A DNA stretch of 63,053 nucleotides, filler included, from Bonamia ostreae (GCA_040357525.1; 51 parts of 51 records of this genome joined end to end with filler, not necessarily neighbours in it), one strand, 5' to 3'. Positions 38,136 to 52,377 are shown, numbered from the whole stretch's first letter. Notes: generated from the sequence alone by a model not told the origin. Translations and numbers: made by a program.

Positions 38136-39713
38136 CTATTTTTTTAAATAAATTTGTTATTTAATTAACATTTATAGTATTTTTAATTTATTATTAATAA
38201 ATTACATTTTTTTGGATTATTTTAGTTGTTTCATTTTTTTTATCTCTTTTATTATAAGATTTTTTTGTTATTTTAGATTTTTAAGATTGTTTTATTTTTG
38301 TATATTTTGTTTTATTTTTATATTTATTATTTATTGATTTAGTTTTTATTATTTTGTTTGCAGATACATTTNNNNNNNNNNNNNNNNNNNNNNNNNNNNN
38401 NNNNNNNNNNNNNNNTTAATTAATTAANNNNNNNNNNNNNNNNNNNNNNNNNNNNNNNNNNNNNNNNNNNNATTGGAATAAACTTATCTTATCTATATTC
38501 TAAAATCACAAATATACATACAATGCTACAATCTGGCTAAATGATGCTCATCATCACAACATATTATCGATTGAATGTTAGGTCATTTGTAACCATGCTT
38601 CCCATTCCAACGACATACGAGGCAGAAAATGATAACGGAAAACTTTTAAGATCATGCATTTATAAGAACACCAGGCTTAGAAAACTTACGTGTATTACGA
38701 GTTAAGATTTAAGGTTCATAATTTAGGTGTGAAAATTTTTAGAATATTTTTATTACTTATCATTTGTTAAAATATTTACGGTTTCCATTTTTGTCCAAAA
38801 ATTGTGTTGACCAACAAAATCCACTTCAAGTCAGGTCTCACAGCTCATTTATTTTTCAACACTTGCATCAGCAACAAAGGTAGCTGGTGTTAGTTGAACA
38901 TGTCTTGATTAATGACGAAACAATATATACGTTAAAGTAAAACAAAATCACGAGTCTTGAGAATTGAAATGACATAAAAATGAATCTGACAACAGTGGCA
39001 ACACGTTATTGCAAAAACCGTTGCATAAAAACACGTATCAAAAACTTCAAATACAAAAATAACGTGGGGTCCACACTTATAGTCACAAAACCAGAAATAT
39101 ATGCAAATAAGAGGGATGTTTGGGGTGATGGAGGGTAAATGCTCCAGCTTAGAGGAGCAAGACAATTACTCTTGAGATTTCAATGATCACAAAGTGAGAA
39201 TCACATGACATGCGATGCCTAACCTCATTCCAGATTAAAAACATAAACTGTGTCAACACTTATTATACATTTCTTAGTGATGATGGGATATATATGATAT
39301 ATATAAATGGATAAACAGACATTTTGATCTAAATTGAACATGAGTTAGGAAATTAGCAATACTTATTCAAGGGTATACAATGATCATATAACACATATTT
39401 ATGCACTACCATTTTAGCAAGTTTCCTAAAACTTGTATGGCGAATTATTGCTGGAGTCGTATTTGTATTCCTTATACTAGAGGTATACAGGAATTGTCTT
39501 TTTGTGAAACATTGTACAGTAGAACAAACTGAAAGCACATATTCAAGGCAGGCATTGGTACAGACATGTCAGAAGCATGTGTCTGATTTTAGCAATAGCC
39601 TGTATCTTNNNNNNNNNNNNNNNNNNNNNNNNNNNNNNNNNNNNNNNNNNNNTTAATTAATTAANNNNNNNNNNNNNNNNNNNNNNNNNNNNNNNNNNNN
39701 NNNNNNNNAAAAA

Positions 39714-40694
39714 TCAATAAAAATTAAATGTCAAAATAGTCAAAACCTGATAAAAAGAGACTTTAAATTCTTTTAACGAAACAGTTCTCGGTTTGTGATA
39801 CGAATCAACGAATCCGTTCCAAATCGATTTTTCACTGTACAAAAAATTGCTTTTCTCGGAATACAAATCGCTTTCAAAATATCTTTTTGTCTCGAGCAAT
39901 TTGTTTTCCGTCAAAACAGCTCTTCGTTTCGGTTTTATCTCCATTTTTTGCTTAAATTTTTTTACAATTTTTCGAAAACTTTTTGTTTTGCACTTTTACT
40001 CTAAACTGATTTTAAAATTATTTTTACACAAAATTTTAAAAAACTTCGTTCAAACTTTGGTCCGCATTTTCATCGATTTCGAATTCTTGAACGATTTTCG
40101 GTTGCTTTTCATTAGCAGCAAAATCATTTTCCAGCGGAATCTTGTTCTGCATTTTCAAATTCTTTTTATACGTTTCTGTTATCGTTTTGTCTCTCACCTT
40201 TTTTTAACAATTTAAATCTTTTTACAAATAAAATTGATTTTTACGAAAAAAATGCTTTTAATGAAAAAATTGCTATTTACAAAAATTATTTTTTGCCAAA
40301 CTTTTTCTTTTAACATTTCTTTTTGAACTTTTTCTCTCCACTGATTTTGCTCTGGAGAAGCCATTTCCTAATTAAGAATTATAAAATTTTACCAAATGTG
40401 TCATCGAAATTAATTTTACAATTGGAATATTTCCGTTTTGAACATTTTCGACCAAATTTTCATTTTTGCGCAGATTGAAAATCAATTCTCGACTTTTGGT
40501 TGTGTACTTTTTCATGTTTTTTCCTCCAAAGTTTTTATAAATTTCCTTTAAATTAAAGTCATTTCTTGTAAAATTTAAATTTAATTATTTAAAACGTTTT
40601 CAACTTTTTCGCCCTTTTCGGTTCCCAAAATGTTAACGAAATGTTCTTTTGTGCGTTTTCTGTAACGGCCGATTTTTTCGATTTCGTTTACGTT
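39714..40694 (-). CDS. TFIIS central-domain protein, probably with SPOC (Bye1/PHF3/DIDO1-like); mostly missed by ORF track
   Basis: Spliced reading KYTTKSRELIFNLRKNENLVENVQNGNIPIVKLISMTHLEMASPE (introns 40546-40595, 40368-40392); later SIWNGFV resembles the SPOC start. Confidence 0.75.
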
Positions 40695-42681
40695 CTTTTT
40701 TATAATTTTTAATTTTCTTTTTCAACAAAATCGACATTATAAAATTTTGTCTTCTACAAAAAACGACATTAAATTTTGTCATTAAAATTTACATTAAATT
40801 TTGTCTTCTACAAAAAACGACATTAAATTTTGTCATTAAAATCGANNNNNNNNNNNNNNNNNNNNNNNNNNNNNNNNNNNNNNNNNNNNTTAATTAATTA
40901 ANNNNNNNNNNNNNNNNNNNNNNNNNNNNNNNNNNNNNNNNNNNNAAAATTAACAGTTTATTTAGTTTACTTAGTTTTAAAAATGTCCTAGTATTGCATG
41001 AAAACCCTTATAGCTGGTAACTTGCAATTCAACAACAATGAAATAAAAATATATGATTTTGCATTAGTACAGCAGTTGTTTTTTCCACATCGTGTTTCAC
41101 ATTAAATTACTTGAAAACTGGGAATATCTATTCAGTGAAATAATGTTGAAATAAGATTTTTGATATTATCTAAATCTAAAGTGATGCATTTACCTGTTAA
41201 ATTATCGAACCATTCTCTCAGATTCTCTTTGGCTTTGTTGTTCCATGGACAATCATAACATCCCTGTCTTTCGGAGCATACAATGTGTACAACATGCATG
41301 CCTTTTCTTACTATTGATTCCTTAAAGTCTGTAGACAAGACACAATCTGGACGATTACCCGGTTCACAGACTTCAATATATGCGAGAAGACTACTCCCGT
41401 CAGCTAGAATGAACAAAAATGAGAATCGTTCCCTTTCTTGTTGCTCTATTCTTGCTATGAAAATGATAGCATGCCTTACAACGTATGGAAACACTTTCTA
41501 GTTCATAATACAATACCTCTTGAGAAATAATAAGTATCAATCTACATACATGTACGTGAATTTTCACTCTAATCCTAGTTTTCATTACTTTTCTTTAAAT
41601 ATAAATTCTACTCATACCAAATCTTTCCTAAATACTGACTTGTTTTCTTTTTTGAAATCGTTATTGCTACTCTTACTAAACTAAATCATACAGAAAAACA
41701 AAAATCTTTATTCAGGAATTCCCATTAAAAGAAATTCAGTGAGAAATCAATCGAAGGGATCTGGATAATTTCTGCAGTGCTTTATTTGAGCACATCTATT
41801 TTTAAATAAATATGTATAGAGACATGATAGCACTTGCATAAGTCCAACCTGAAGATGAACGGTGAAGGTCAACATTGAAATAAGATTTTACACATGTTCA
41901 ATGTGTTTAGGTTCTTTTAAAATAAAATACAATGTATATCGTTTGTGACCTTAGATAGAAATTCTTGTCAACTCCACTTACCATCCATTTCAATCAATCT
42001 TATAATGTTTTGACTTTGATATATTTTATATTATAAATGGTACTCAGTTGAAGTTTTTTTTAATTCTGGTTCTTACTCTTTNNNNNNNNNNNNNNNNNNN
42101 NNNNNNNNNNNNNNNNNNNNNNNNNTTAATTAATTAANNNNNNNNNNNNNNNNNNNNNNNNNNNNNNNNNNNNNNNNNNNNAATTTTTATTAACAAATTT
42201 AATTTGCCAAGCATTTTTACGGAAAAAGTGAAAATTAAAATATCTCTTAAAAATAATTATTTTGAAAAAACTGTAAAAATGAGTTCTCATCAAGTCCAAA
42301 TAGTTTTTAGAACAAATTAAAGATAACGGGCGTGTTTGCAGCATTGATAATTGTTTTAATTATCATTTCTGTTTTGTTCGTTGTAAGGTTAAGAAGAGTA
42401 ACAGGATTAAAGGACAAAATGTTACCTCCAGGGAAAGTACTAGAAACGGTGTAATTAAATGTAACAATTTATTTTTGCAAAAATACAAACTTCGCCTTTT
42501 AAAATTTTCCGAAAACAAAAATTGCAAACGTCGTTTTTTAAATGAGAATTGTAAAATTAAAATTTCAAAATTTAGAATTTGCCATTTTTAAATTTAAACA
42601 TTAAAAATTTACGAAGATTTAAAACATTGAAATAAAAATATTTTTTCAAAATTATACTCATTTTATTAACATTTATAAAAA

Positions 42682-43282
42682 ATGCGCCAATTAACAGAAG
42701 ACGAACTCGAAAAATTGTTTGAAAAGCTCTCAAAATAGTTTTCGCTAAAAACTCAAAATTTTTAAAGTATCGGCAAAAAAGTTCGAAACTTGGTCGAAGA
42801 TAATTCAAATGTGATTAGACTGCACAAAGAAAAAGTTTTTTATGTTCCAAAATCGAATCTTCGCGATGCCGAAAACGTAGAAAAAAAGAAGCTTTTTACA
42901 ACCGGAGTTTGTTTGGGCAAATTTACGAAAACTAAAAAATTTCGTTTGAATATTACAGCTTTACGTTTTTAAACTAAATCAAAATTTTTCCAAAATTTTA
43001 ATTTTTGGAAATTTTATAAAATGAGACAAAATTTTATAAAATTAAGCGATTTTAGCTGAATTTGCGAAACATAAAATTTGGATTAAACAATCATCGGAAA
43101 TGTCGTTCATGTATGGCAACAACGTGTTGAAAGCTGGAATTGGAAGGATGACCGAAAACACTCCAAAATATCAAGGCGTTGTCATGCTCACGATGAACAA
43201 CGTTCCTATTGGTTTCGGTGTCACTGCTCATTCGACCGAAGAATGTCGAGATTTAGATTCCAGTGCAATAACTGTTTTCAAT
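42682..43282 (+). CDS. NIP7: 60S ribosome biogenesis factor NIP7, first three exons (protist)
   Basis: MRQLTEDELEKLFEKLSKYIG, GVCLGKFTKTKKFRLNITAL, EMSFMYGNNVLKAGIGRMTENTPKYQGVV. Introns 42738-42767 and 42965-43046. Confidence 0.95.
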
Positions 43283-45439
43283 GTTTTTTTCGCTTATTTT
43301 TGTTTTTTATAGCTTTTNNNNNNNNNNNNNNNNNNNNNNNNNNNNNNNNNNNNNNNNNNNNTTAATTAATTAANNNNNNNNNNNNNNNNNNNNNNNNNNN
43401 NNNNNNNNNNNNNNNNNAGATTTCTCTGATCGATGTCACTTTGTCGATGGAGAAGATAGAAAAAACGGCTCAACAAGACTGTATATGATGTAGATGTTGT
43501 TGACATATGTTGGTTTTTTCTCTTGAAAGGTTTATGATTGTGAAAAAAAGTTTTCAGATTTTGTACACATCCCTCGCGTTTTGAAGAATATACATCCTTT
43601 TTAGCTTTGCTGGGGAAGTAGCCTACGTTTTTACATGTTGTCTTTAATAACTGATGGTGAATTTCAACTTCTGTGTTTCGCTATCGCTTTTCCGCTTTCG
43701 TATTTTGCTGTTGTGCAGCCCTTAGATCGTTCGAATATCATTTTGTGTTTAGTCTGATTATGGTGGTGGTCTTTGTAACAGTTGGAACATGTATGTCCAG
43801 TAGTGCAGCGAGACTCCTAAACTATTTATACTTATATTACATTGACATGTATGTTTTACGGAGTAGTATAGAAATATTACCTTAACACATCTTAAGACTT
43901 TGATACCCATGTGGAATTGTTTTCTTTTAGTTAATTGATTTTCTCTGATGTTCTCCCTTTTGGTCAAACAATGATATTTCCTATATGACAACGCAACCCT
44001 ATATTTTAGTGTCATTTCTTGTAGAACCAATACAATGTGGTGCAATGCTTCTCTTTGTTCCCCGCTGTAGCAATAGATTTTAAGGTCAACGTTCAAGGTT
44101 AAAAGTCACCAACTATGGAACGCGATTCATCGGCTTGAATTCAATGAGGTATTATGTCATCCACACGAGATATATGCGCACAAGACAATATGTCGTTTGC
44201 ACGAGACTCACTTACTTGACGGCCAGATTTTTGCCTTTCATCATGGAGAGGGTAGTGATCGGGAACGTCATGAAAGACCTTGGGATTATTTAAGAGAAAG
44301 TACAATAGAAATTCATTTTTGTCATATTCCTGTCATTTTTGAAATCGTGTATATATTTACTTTGTTTTACGTGCTAATACATCAACTAAGTACTATTTTC
44401 AGCACTCGTCTTTGAGATGTTTGTTCCTTTTCCTCGCTGGGGACGTAATTTGTGTTCAATTCAATGTCCACATCTTCAAAACTTTCTTCATTTTCCAAAG
44501 TAGGCGAAAGGGTTCCACTATATGAGAATATGTCTGTTCGTTATCTTCACCTTNNNNNNNNNNNNNNNNNNNNNNNNNNNNNNNNNNNNNNNNNNNNTTA
44601 ATTAATTAANNNNNNNNNNNNNNNNNNNNNNNNNNNNNNNNNNNNNNNNNNNNTAAAGGTAAATATTATATTCAACAGTCACCCCTGGGATATTTCAAAG
44701 GGAATTTCTGAAAGCCACTCACTATCAGAGATGCAACACAGCTTAGTCTCTGTCATTTAGCATCGATTAGTCCTTCCTTTCAAAAATGTTTACTGGTAAT
44801 TAGAAAATTTTTTGGAAATGGTTATTTCATCATTTATGATTCTCATAACAAACGTTTCACATATGCATGCAGACCTATGCATGTCCCTAATGACCGTAGA
44901 TTTGAGGTTTCTGTATCGTGCCAATATTTACAGGACACCTTACGTTTGTCGACAATCATACTCGGACACACAGTTGCGAAGCAAACACCCTTCCGACCGG
45001 TCTATGAAAAAATGTCTACTATTGCAAATAAGTTAACTTTGTACTAGGTACTCACTGTCGCTCTCCGTCCTTCTATTAGTTTGAATTTGATGCAACTCGG
45101 TTGAATTGTTTTCTTTTTTCGAAAACGGTTAATAACAGGAAATTATCCACAGTATTCTTACGAAATTGTTACTTTAAACAATGTATCAAATATATATTAC
45201 ATGTAAAATAGATATTCATTTTGACAGTTTATAGAAAATACTAAATGTACAGTGCACGTACATTGATTATAACACATTTAATTTTTCATCATTAGAGTAC
45301 CGGTACTTAAAGGGAAAAATCAAACAGGAAAATGAAAAATATTAACACTGATATAATATTTCACGGGATGAAAACAAGCACACTTATAGAAATGAAGCTG
45401 GTGATATAGAAGCATTTATTCATGAACCTTTCGGCTTAA

Positions 45440-45630
45440 AAAAAACACATACGGGCCATAATAAAATTTGAACTTGTCATGGTAAAGCAATATCCATATT
45501 TCAAATAAATATATCTGCACGTATCATAAAAAAGTGCAGAAAACGTACTTCCGGAATGACAGACAGATGGACGGATGAACGAAGTGCAAACTTAAAGTCC
45601 CCCTAGGCTCCGACGGTAGTGGACTAAAAA
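45440..45630 (+). mobile_element. Non-autonomous Helentron/HINE-like element, 3' end (host)
   Basis: GACAGACAGATGGACGGA microsatellite followed by subterminal hairpin AGTCCCCCTA...TAGTGGACT and an A tract, as in bivalve HINEs. Confidence 0.55.
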
Positions 45631-46030
45631 TTGAGAGTTAAGAAAATGTCATTACATGTTTATTTCGAAATTTCTTTGCACTGATTTGACAAATATGAAT
45701 ATTTTTCATAAAGTAATGTCATTATGATGGAATGGTCTAAATTTTTTCGTTGAATTACATTTTTCACTGTAGATCATTTCGTTGATCCNNNNNNNNNNNN
45801 NNNNNNNNNNNNNNNNNNNNNNNNNNNNNNNNTTAATTAATTAANNNNNNNNNNNNNNNNNNNNNNNNNNNNNNNNNNNNNNNNNNNNAAAGATTTTATT
45901 AAGTTGACCAAAAATACAAATAATGGATTAAGTTATTTATACAAGTCTATTTGCCGTAGAAAATGGCATATATTATGACTATCAAAAAAATAAGTCCGTA
46001 CATGATGTTCTGCTTTTTCTCTTGAGAAAG

Positions 46031-46915
46031 TTACTCGGGACTTTTCTTAAAGGGCATTTTCTTTGCACTTGAAAAGGCCATTTCGTTCCCCAACCGGGCG
46101 CCAATTAGTGTTTCCAGGTTGTCTTTGGCGGTTTGTTTGCGCCTTCTGAAAGACCAGCTTTTCGTGGGAGGCAAAGTTTCGGCTTCTTTTTGGCAAATGC
46201 TCTTCGCCGCCAAATCAGCGGCGACCATATTCTTTTGCTCATCCGATTTTGTTTGTTCGTTAATTGGTTCGACATTTGGTTGGGCGATGTTTTGGTTTTC
46301 TGTAGCTCGGTTTGCCACTGCTTCCGAGTCGTTTTTTCCGTTTTTTAGTTCAACTTCCGATTCTTTTTGTTCAACGTCCATTTCGGGAATTGGTTCAGTT
46401 TCTTCGACAACATTTGTTTTTTCGGCGGTTTCGACATTTTCGATACTTATTTCTGGCTCTGTGTTTGTTGTTTCTTCGGAGCGCTTGCTTTCTACGATAA
46501 CTTTATTCGAGCCATTTTTGCTCAAATTATCGTTTGTTTCGGGTTTTAGATCGATTTTGCCGCTCGATTTTTTTGTTTGCTCTTTCAGCAAATCAGTCTG
46601 CAAATTTTTTTGGAAGTCCTTTGCAGAACTTACGCTTTTGTGGGAGGGCGAAGAGTTTTTTGATAGGATGTGATTTGTGCTCATACTCTTTTCAAGCAAA
46701 AAAGACGATTTTTTCTCCTCCAGTTTGTCAAGCGGGGCGTTTTCTTTGTCGGAATGTGACTTTTGGTGGTTGCCAGTGCTTTTGGCCGATTTTGAGTTTT
46801 CTCTTTTCTAATAATTTTAAAGGGGAACTAGGATCTTTGGAAAGTATTCGAATTTTAGGGCCAGATGCGATTCGATGTTTTTGTATCGCTTTGAAAACGT
46901 ACTGGCCAACGAGAA
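46031..46915 (-). CDS. Low-complexity E/K/S/N-rich C-terminal exon, unknown protein (protist)
   Basis: Open frame of ~290 codons; no recognised domain. Confidence 0.55.
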
Positions 46916-47217
46916 TTTATAGAAGCGAAAGTTTTCTTGTCTTTTGGAATAGTCTTCGTATTTTAGTTTTAAGCTTCCCACACAAACTAGATTTTTGATC
47001 AATTTTAATTCGGTTTTTAAATCNNNNNNNNNNNNNNNNNNNNNNNNNNNNNNNNNNNNNNNNNNNNTTAATTAATTAANNNNNNNNNNNNNNNNNNNNN
47101 NNNNNNNNNNNNNNNNNNNNNNNCCCTGCAATAAATAATTGTTTTCTTTGAATTTCTCCCATTCCTTTTACTGTGCTTTGTAAGCAAGTTTATCTTTTCC
47201 CCTAAATCATTTGACGT

Positions 47218-47786
47218 CTACTTAACAAATTCAATGAAAATATATTTTACAATATCATTTTTCACTGTCGGGGTTGATGTGGCTTTAAGTGCCATTAATG
47301 GTGTGTTTGGGAAAATGCTCCGCAACTCGTGAATCTCTCTATATTCTGTCCTAAATTCTTTTCCCCACTCGGAAATGCAATGGGTCTCGTCTATACATAG
47401 TAAAGTACAATTTTTCTGCCATATGTCGCTTAGAAAATATCTTTCCAAAAAGGTTTTAATGCCATCTCTGGAGAAGACAGGATTAAATTGTATTTACCAC
47501 TCTCCACATCTAAAATAAATAATCCATTACGTATTAATATAATTAACATTAAAACTTAGTGCTTTAAGCGGCGATATTATTAAACAAACCGACTTTTCAT
47601 CTGAGCCTTTTTCTTAACATTGTTGGCATGGTCATACATAAAGTCTTCCCAAATCCCGTCGGCAGAAAACACAAGATTATGACATTTCAATACTAATGAC
47701 ACAGATTGTAATTGTTCTTCTTTTGCGTCGAAAATAATGTCGAAACTAGACTTGATTCCTTCAAACTTACTTCTCAAAGCGTCCAT
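47218..47786 (-). pseudogene. RecQ-like SF2 helicase relic, likely AcademH transposon-borne (host)
   Basis: LPTGFGKTL (motif I, frameshifted from the ATG), IISPLKAL (Ia), IDETHCISEWGKEFRTEY (II). Confidence 0.75.
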
Positions 47787-47851
47787 GTTTGATAAAAATC
47801 ATGTGCGGGTTGCAAGGACTGTAAATCTACATCCGGGTAAATCTAATTAAG

Positions 47852-48079
47852 ATGGAGTCAAATTGTGCGAATTGCAATGAACCATTTAGAAAAAAGACGG
47901 GTGATAAAGGTCATTATAGATATTCTTTGGAAAATAAAATTCCAAACACGGAATTATGTGCACGGGAAGTACTAACGCAAGTATCAGATATTCAAGTGAT
48001 GACCCCCGTGGGTAAAAAAAGACAGGGAAGATTCTTATGCTCTGTGTGTTGGAGTTCAATTGTGGAAAGTCATAGATAG
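47852..48079 (+). pseudogene. Divergently transcribed Cys-finger ORF, putative transposase N-terminus
   Basis: CANC...CSVC pair; starts 65 bp from the helicase ATG, head to head. Confidence 0.4.
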
Positions 48080-49646
48080 CAGAATTTATTAAATGAAGTT
48101 TGGAGCCGGAATGTTGGAGGTAATTATCCTAAGCATATATTTAATCTAATTAAAAAAATTCTTTTGTTGATTGTATTTTAAATTGATATTAAATCTTCGA
48201 ACTTACTGAAAATTTCATTAATCTTAAGACTTTGAAATCAATTACGATTATATTATTNNNNNNNNNNNNNNNNNNNNNNNNNNNNNNNNNNNNNNNNNNN
48301 NTTAATTAATTAANNNNNNNNNNNNNNNNNNNNNNNNNNNNNNNNNNNNNNNNNNNNTCCATAATTTGATGTTTGGAATACTTGCTTTCTTTTATGTTGC
48401 AAAACTTGAGGTATGTACGTTATATTCAAAAAGAATTTCATTTGTATGTTAATCATACATTTATTAGTTTTTATTCATATTTTATAATCGTTATAATAAT
48501 TCATAGGGCTTAGAAATGATGACATACTGACGTTATTATTGTATCGCGCAGCGATAACAATCGTTTCTTTTGGGTTGCTTTAAAGCATTCGATATCTGAG
48601 AATACTCCGGTCCTTATATTTACCATTCTAAATTTAAATATCGGATTCCCAGTAGTTTTTAAATCTAAAAATAGTGCAACAAAGTCCATGAATATGCATA
48701 AGTATATAAATATCTGGTTATTTCACCATTCCATCGTAGATAATATCCGAGGAAAATACCGAGATATAACATCCATACGTCTGCATAAAACTTACGTTTG
48801 CATGTATACATCACAACAATTAAGGAACAAGTGTTTGGGATGTATAAATTGTAATCGTTATTAAAATTCAAAAACATGCAATCAGAGTATATTAGAATGT
48901 AATGGTATGATTCTCATCTCCAAGATTACTTTTCCTTAGTTTGCACATGGGTATTGGCACATCGAGTTGTTTGTAAAGGTTCAACAAAGCAACGGACATT
49001 TCCACCTAGATATGTACTTTCGCGTATCTGACGTTTCATTCTTCATTATAGGGTTATTCATAGCTTATCTATTTTCACTTTCTGGTAATCTGAACAAATT
49101 CCTACTCCAAAAGATTTTTGAAAACTTTATTTTTTTTTTAATCTAGCAACCATACTAACAAGTAAACATCCAGACAAAATTGACGCTGTCATGGTGATGC
49201 GCTGAATGACTGCGAAATCCAAGTACTTAAAGACGTCTATAAATGACACCATACGCGGAATAAATCAAGAGAAATTATTATAATGATCACTGCCTGCTTT
49301 TTACATTCTGCTATAAATAAATCCATAATTACCGTTAGTTTGTAATAAGCAAAACATACCTGCATGAGTATATCACGAAAATCACATTTTTGTAGATAAT
49401 TCGAACAGAAAACGTTGAACATGAGATAAAAACCTAGCACCTTGGTACAAAGAGAAATTGTGATATTGTGTATCATCATCTAATGGATATGNNNNNNNNN
49501 NNNNNNNNNNNNNNNNNNNNNNNNNNNNNNNNNNNTTAATTAATTAANNNNNNNNNNNNNNNNNNNNNNNNNNNNNNNNNNNNNNNNNNNNGTTTTCGTT
49601 TCACGGTTTCAATATTGTTATTAATCGACATTAAAGTTCAAATAAA

Positions 49647-49997
49647 ATGTTTTCCAACTATTCTCGAAGATTTTCTGTCAAATCAATTATTACCAAAAAA
49701 GAAAGTCCAACAAGTAAAAGTCCTGTAAACAACAAGAAAAGCTTTAAAAACAATTTTAAACCGATTGAAAAATATGAAGCTCCTAAAGAACCGTATTATA
49801 AGGAGATTTTGTATTCCAAAGAGAGGTCAAGACCGCCCCCAAAATCATTTTTAGATTTTCTGACGCGATTTAGCGCTGAAGCTTTTTCGTTTTTTATGGC
49901 CGGGATTCTTTTGGCAAACACAATCGCTCTTTTTTCAACCATTAATAACCACAAAAGAGAGATTAACATTTGGAAAGAAAGACTTAAAAAGCTCAAA
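49647..49997 (+). CDS. First exon of a single-TM protein with a mitochondrial-presequence-like N-terminus (protist)
   Basis: MFSNYSRRFSVKSII, hydrophobic AFSFFMAGILLANTIALF, probable donor AAA|GTTTTA at 49998. Confidence 0.5.
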
Positions 49998-50825
49998 GTT
50001 TTAACCATTTTTTCTTTTTTAATTTTTATTCGCTTATCCAAAACTACCATTTCCACTAAATTTTTGAAGACCTTAATTTTTTGGAATATATGTAACAAGC
50101 TTTTCTTGTACAATTATATCGTAAAACCTTAACAGAAAGATGGAGACCGAGTAAGAGAATTACAAGTTTCAGAGAGAAACCAAATAAGAAAAATCTTAAT
50201 TTCGAAACAGACGAATTTACAGAACAAAAACGAAATTTTGTCTAAAATAAGTCAAATTTACAAAAGTTTGCAAAACAAAATTTACAGACAACGACCAAAT
50301 ATTGGTTGAACACAACGAAGACAAAAGAGTTGACATTTACGAAAATGAAAGAAAAGTCGAAAGAATCCGAAAAATTGAAGAAAAAGTTTTCAAATAAGAA
50401 AATTTAAAAATTTATTACTTTTCTTGAACCGCTTTATTCTCGACTTTCATTATAGTTTGTTTCCAAGTCTTTGAGGCCATTTTTCATTTCAGTTTCTTCA
50501 CTTTTTTCGTTATCTCTAATTTCGTCATTTTGTTCAGAGCTTTTTGCTTCGGATTTTGTTTTTTCGTATATTTTGCTAAAATTTGTGTCGCTTCTTGTTT
50601 CGTTTTTTCTGTCTTTTTTGTCGATCTCTTGATACTCTGAAACATCTTCTTCTGTGTCAGCACTTATTTCAAGATCATTTATTTCAACATTTAAATTTCT
50701 TTCTGTCAAATCAATTTTTTCTTCGNNNNNNNNNNNNNNNNNNNNNNNNNNNNNNNNNNNNNNNNNNNNTTAATTAATTAANNNNNNNNNNNNNNNNNNN
50801 NNNNNNNNNNNNNNNNNNNNNNNNN

Positions 50826-51803
50826 AAACTGATCTCAACTTGATTTTTCCGGTTAATCCCGCTAAAAACAGCCGAAACCGTTCTCACTCTCAACTCGTCT
50901 CCAATCTCCAACAATCCGAATTCACTCGCCAATCTCTCATCGGAAGACGCCATCACGAAATTCAACAACAAAGCCGACGCCGAAATTCCTTCCAGTTCGC
51001 CAAAATTCCCGCTCAGACCCGTCAAAGCGATATCCAACAACAAATCTCGTTTTTTTCCGTTGCGGAAAACAGAAATCCAAAGCGCGTCTTCGTGCGCGAA
51101 AAGACTGCAAAGCGCGGAGAAAGCAGTCGTTTTGATCGCCGGCGTCATTTCTTGCAAAGAGCAAACGGCAAAAACGAATTCAAGATTATTGTCGGTGAAC
51201 AAAAATTTTGAAATGGACTGGTCGAAAGTGGATAACAACCGGAGCAAAGCAAATAAAGGAAAAAGAATTTTTTTGTCGCAAAATCGCGAATCGTCTTTTT
51301 CCAAAATTTGCGATTTTTTGGAAAAATGATTTTGCGAGAAAAGATATTTTTCGAAGAAAGATTTTGTTTTTTGGGTGAAAATTTGGTTGTCTAAATTTTA
51401 AAATTGCAAAATTTTTTAAAGGCTAATTTTAGTCGAACAAATTTGATTTTTAATATTCCAGATTTAGTCAAATGGTAATTTTTAATTTTAGCAAACATTG
51501 AGAATGTTCGTTTTTTCCGATTTTTGTCGAGTTTCGATTAAATTTAGTCGATAAAGTTTTAATGTTTTGGTCCAGATTTTGCAGAAAATCGATTTCGTCT
51601 TTCGTCAAGAAAATCGATTTGTTGTTTAAAATGAGATTTATGTAGAGTAAAGTGTTTTGGTCGTATTTTCGTGTGATCAGAAATTTTTTTTGGTTAAAGT
51701 TTAAAGTGTTTTTGGATTTTTCAGGATTTTGTGGTTTTGCCGATAATTTCAAATTTGTTATATCGTTTTTCGGTCGATTTTCAAATTTTGAAATATTGTT
51801 CAT
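50826..51803 (-). CDS. PUL-domain (PLAA/Doa1 C-terminal-like) protein fragment (protist)
   Basis: ILFPLFALLRLL matches the PUL FPxxDxxRL region; ARM-like helices follow (SASALLLNF). Confidence 0.55.
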
Positions 51804-52059
51804 TCTATCGTTTGTTGAGTTTTGGCTAATTTAATTGAATTTTTGTGAAAATGATTTTTCTGATTATCATCGCATTAAGCGCTGACCGATGAAAATAAAT
51901 GTTTAACATTAAATTTTATGACTTTCAAAAATAAGTTTGTTTCGACTTACAAAAATTTTNNNNNNNNNNNNNNNNNNNNNNNNNNNNNNNNNNNNNNNNN
52001 NNNTTAATTAATTAANNNNNNNNNNNNNNNNNNNNNNNNNNNNNNNNNNNNNNNNNNNN

Positions 52060-52377
52060 TATAACATCACTGTCATGAATGACACAATCACAATTCCTGC
52101 AAACATTGCGATGACTGATTTTGCGGGAAACATTAAGATGACACTTATCATAGAATGCGCTCAGTCGCACGGAGACAGCATTTCTATTCCATACTACTAT
52201 TTCTACTCTGTCACTCCGTTGGCTGGCTACAAGGAAGTAGGAGGCATCGTGAACCCTACCTTGTTCGCAAAGGTGGATATGACCAATGTTGCTGATGCTG
52301 TATTTGCGGCAAAAGCTGCAGCAAGTGGCATTCACCCAACTACAAACATCCCGCTAATAGATGGAGGTGGCGCATAA
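52060..52377 (+). CDS. Phage structural/tail protein, C-terminal part
   Basis: Intronless; ends LIDGGGA; its stop overlaps the next start (TAATG). Confidence 0.6.
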   Translation, partial: YNITVMNDTITIPANIAMTDFAGNIKMTLIIECAQSHGDSISIPYYYFYSVTPLAGYKEVGGIVNPTLFAKVDMTNVADAVFAAKAAASGIHPTTNIPLIDGGGA

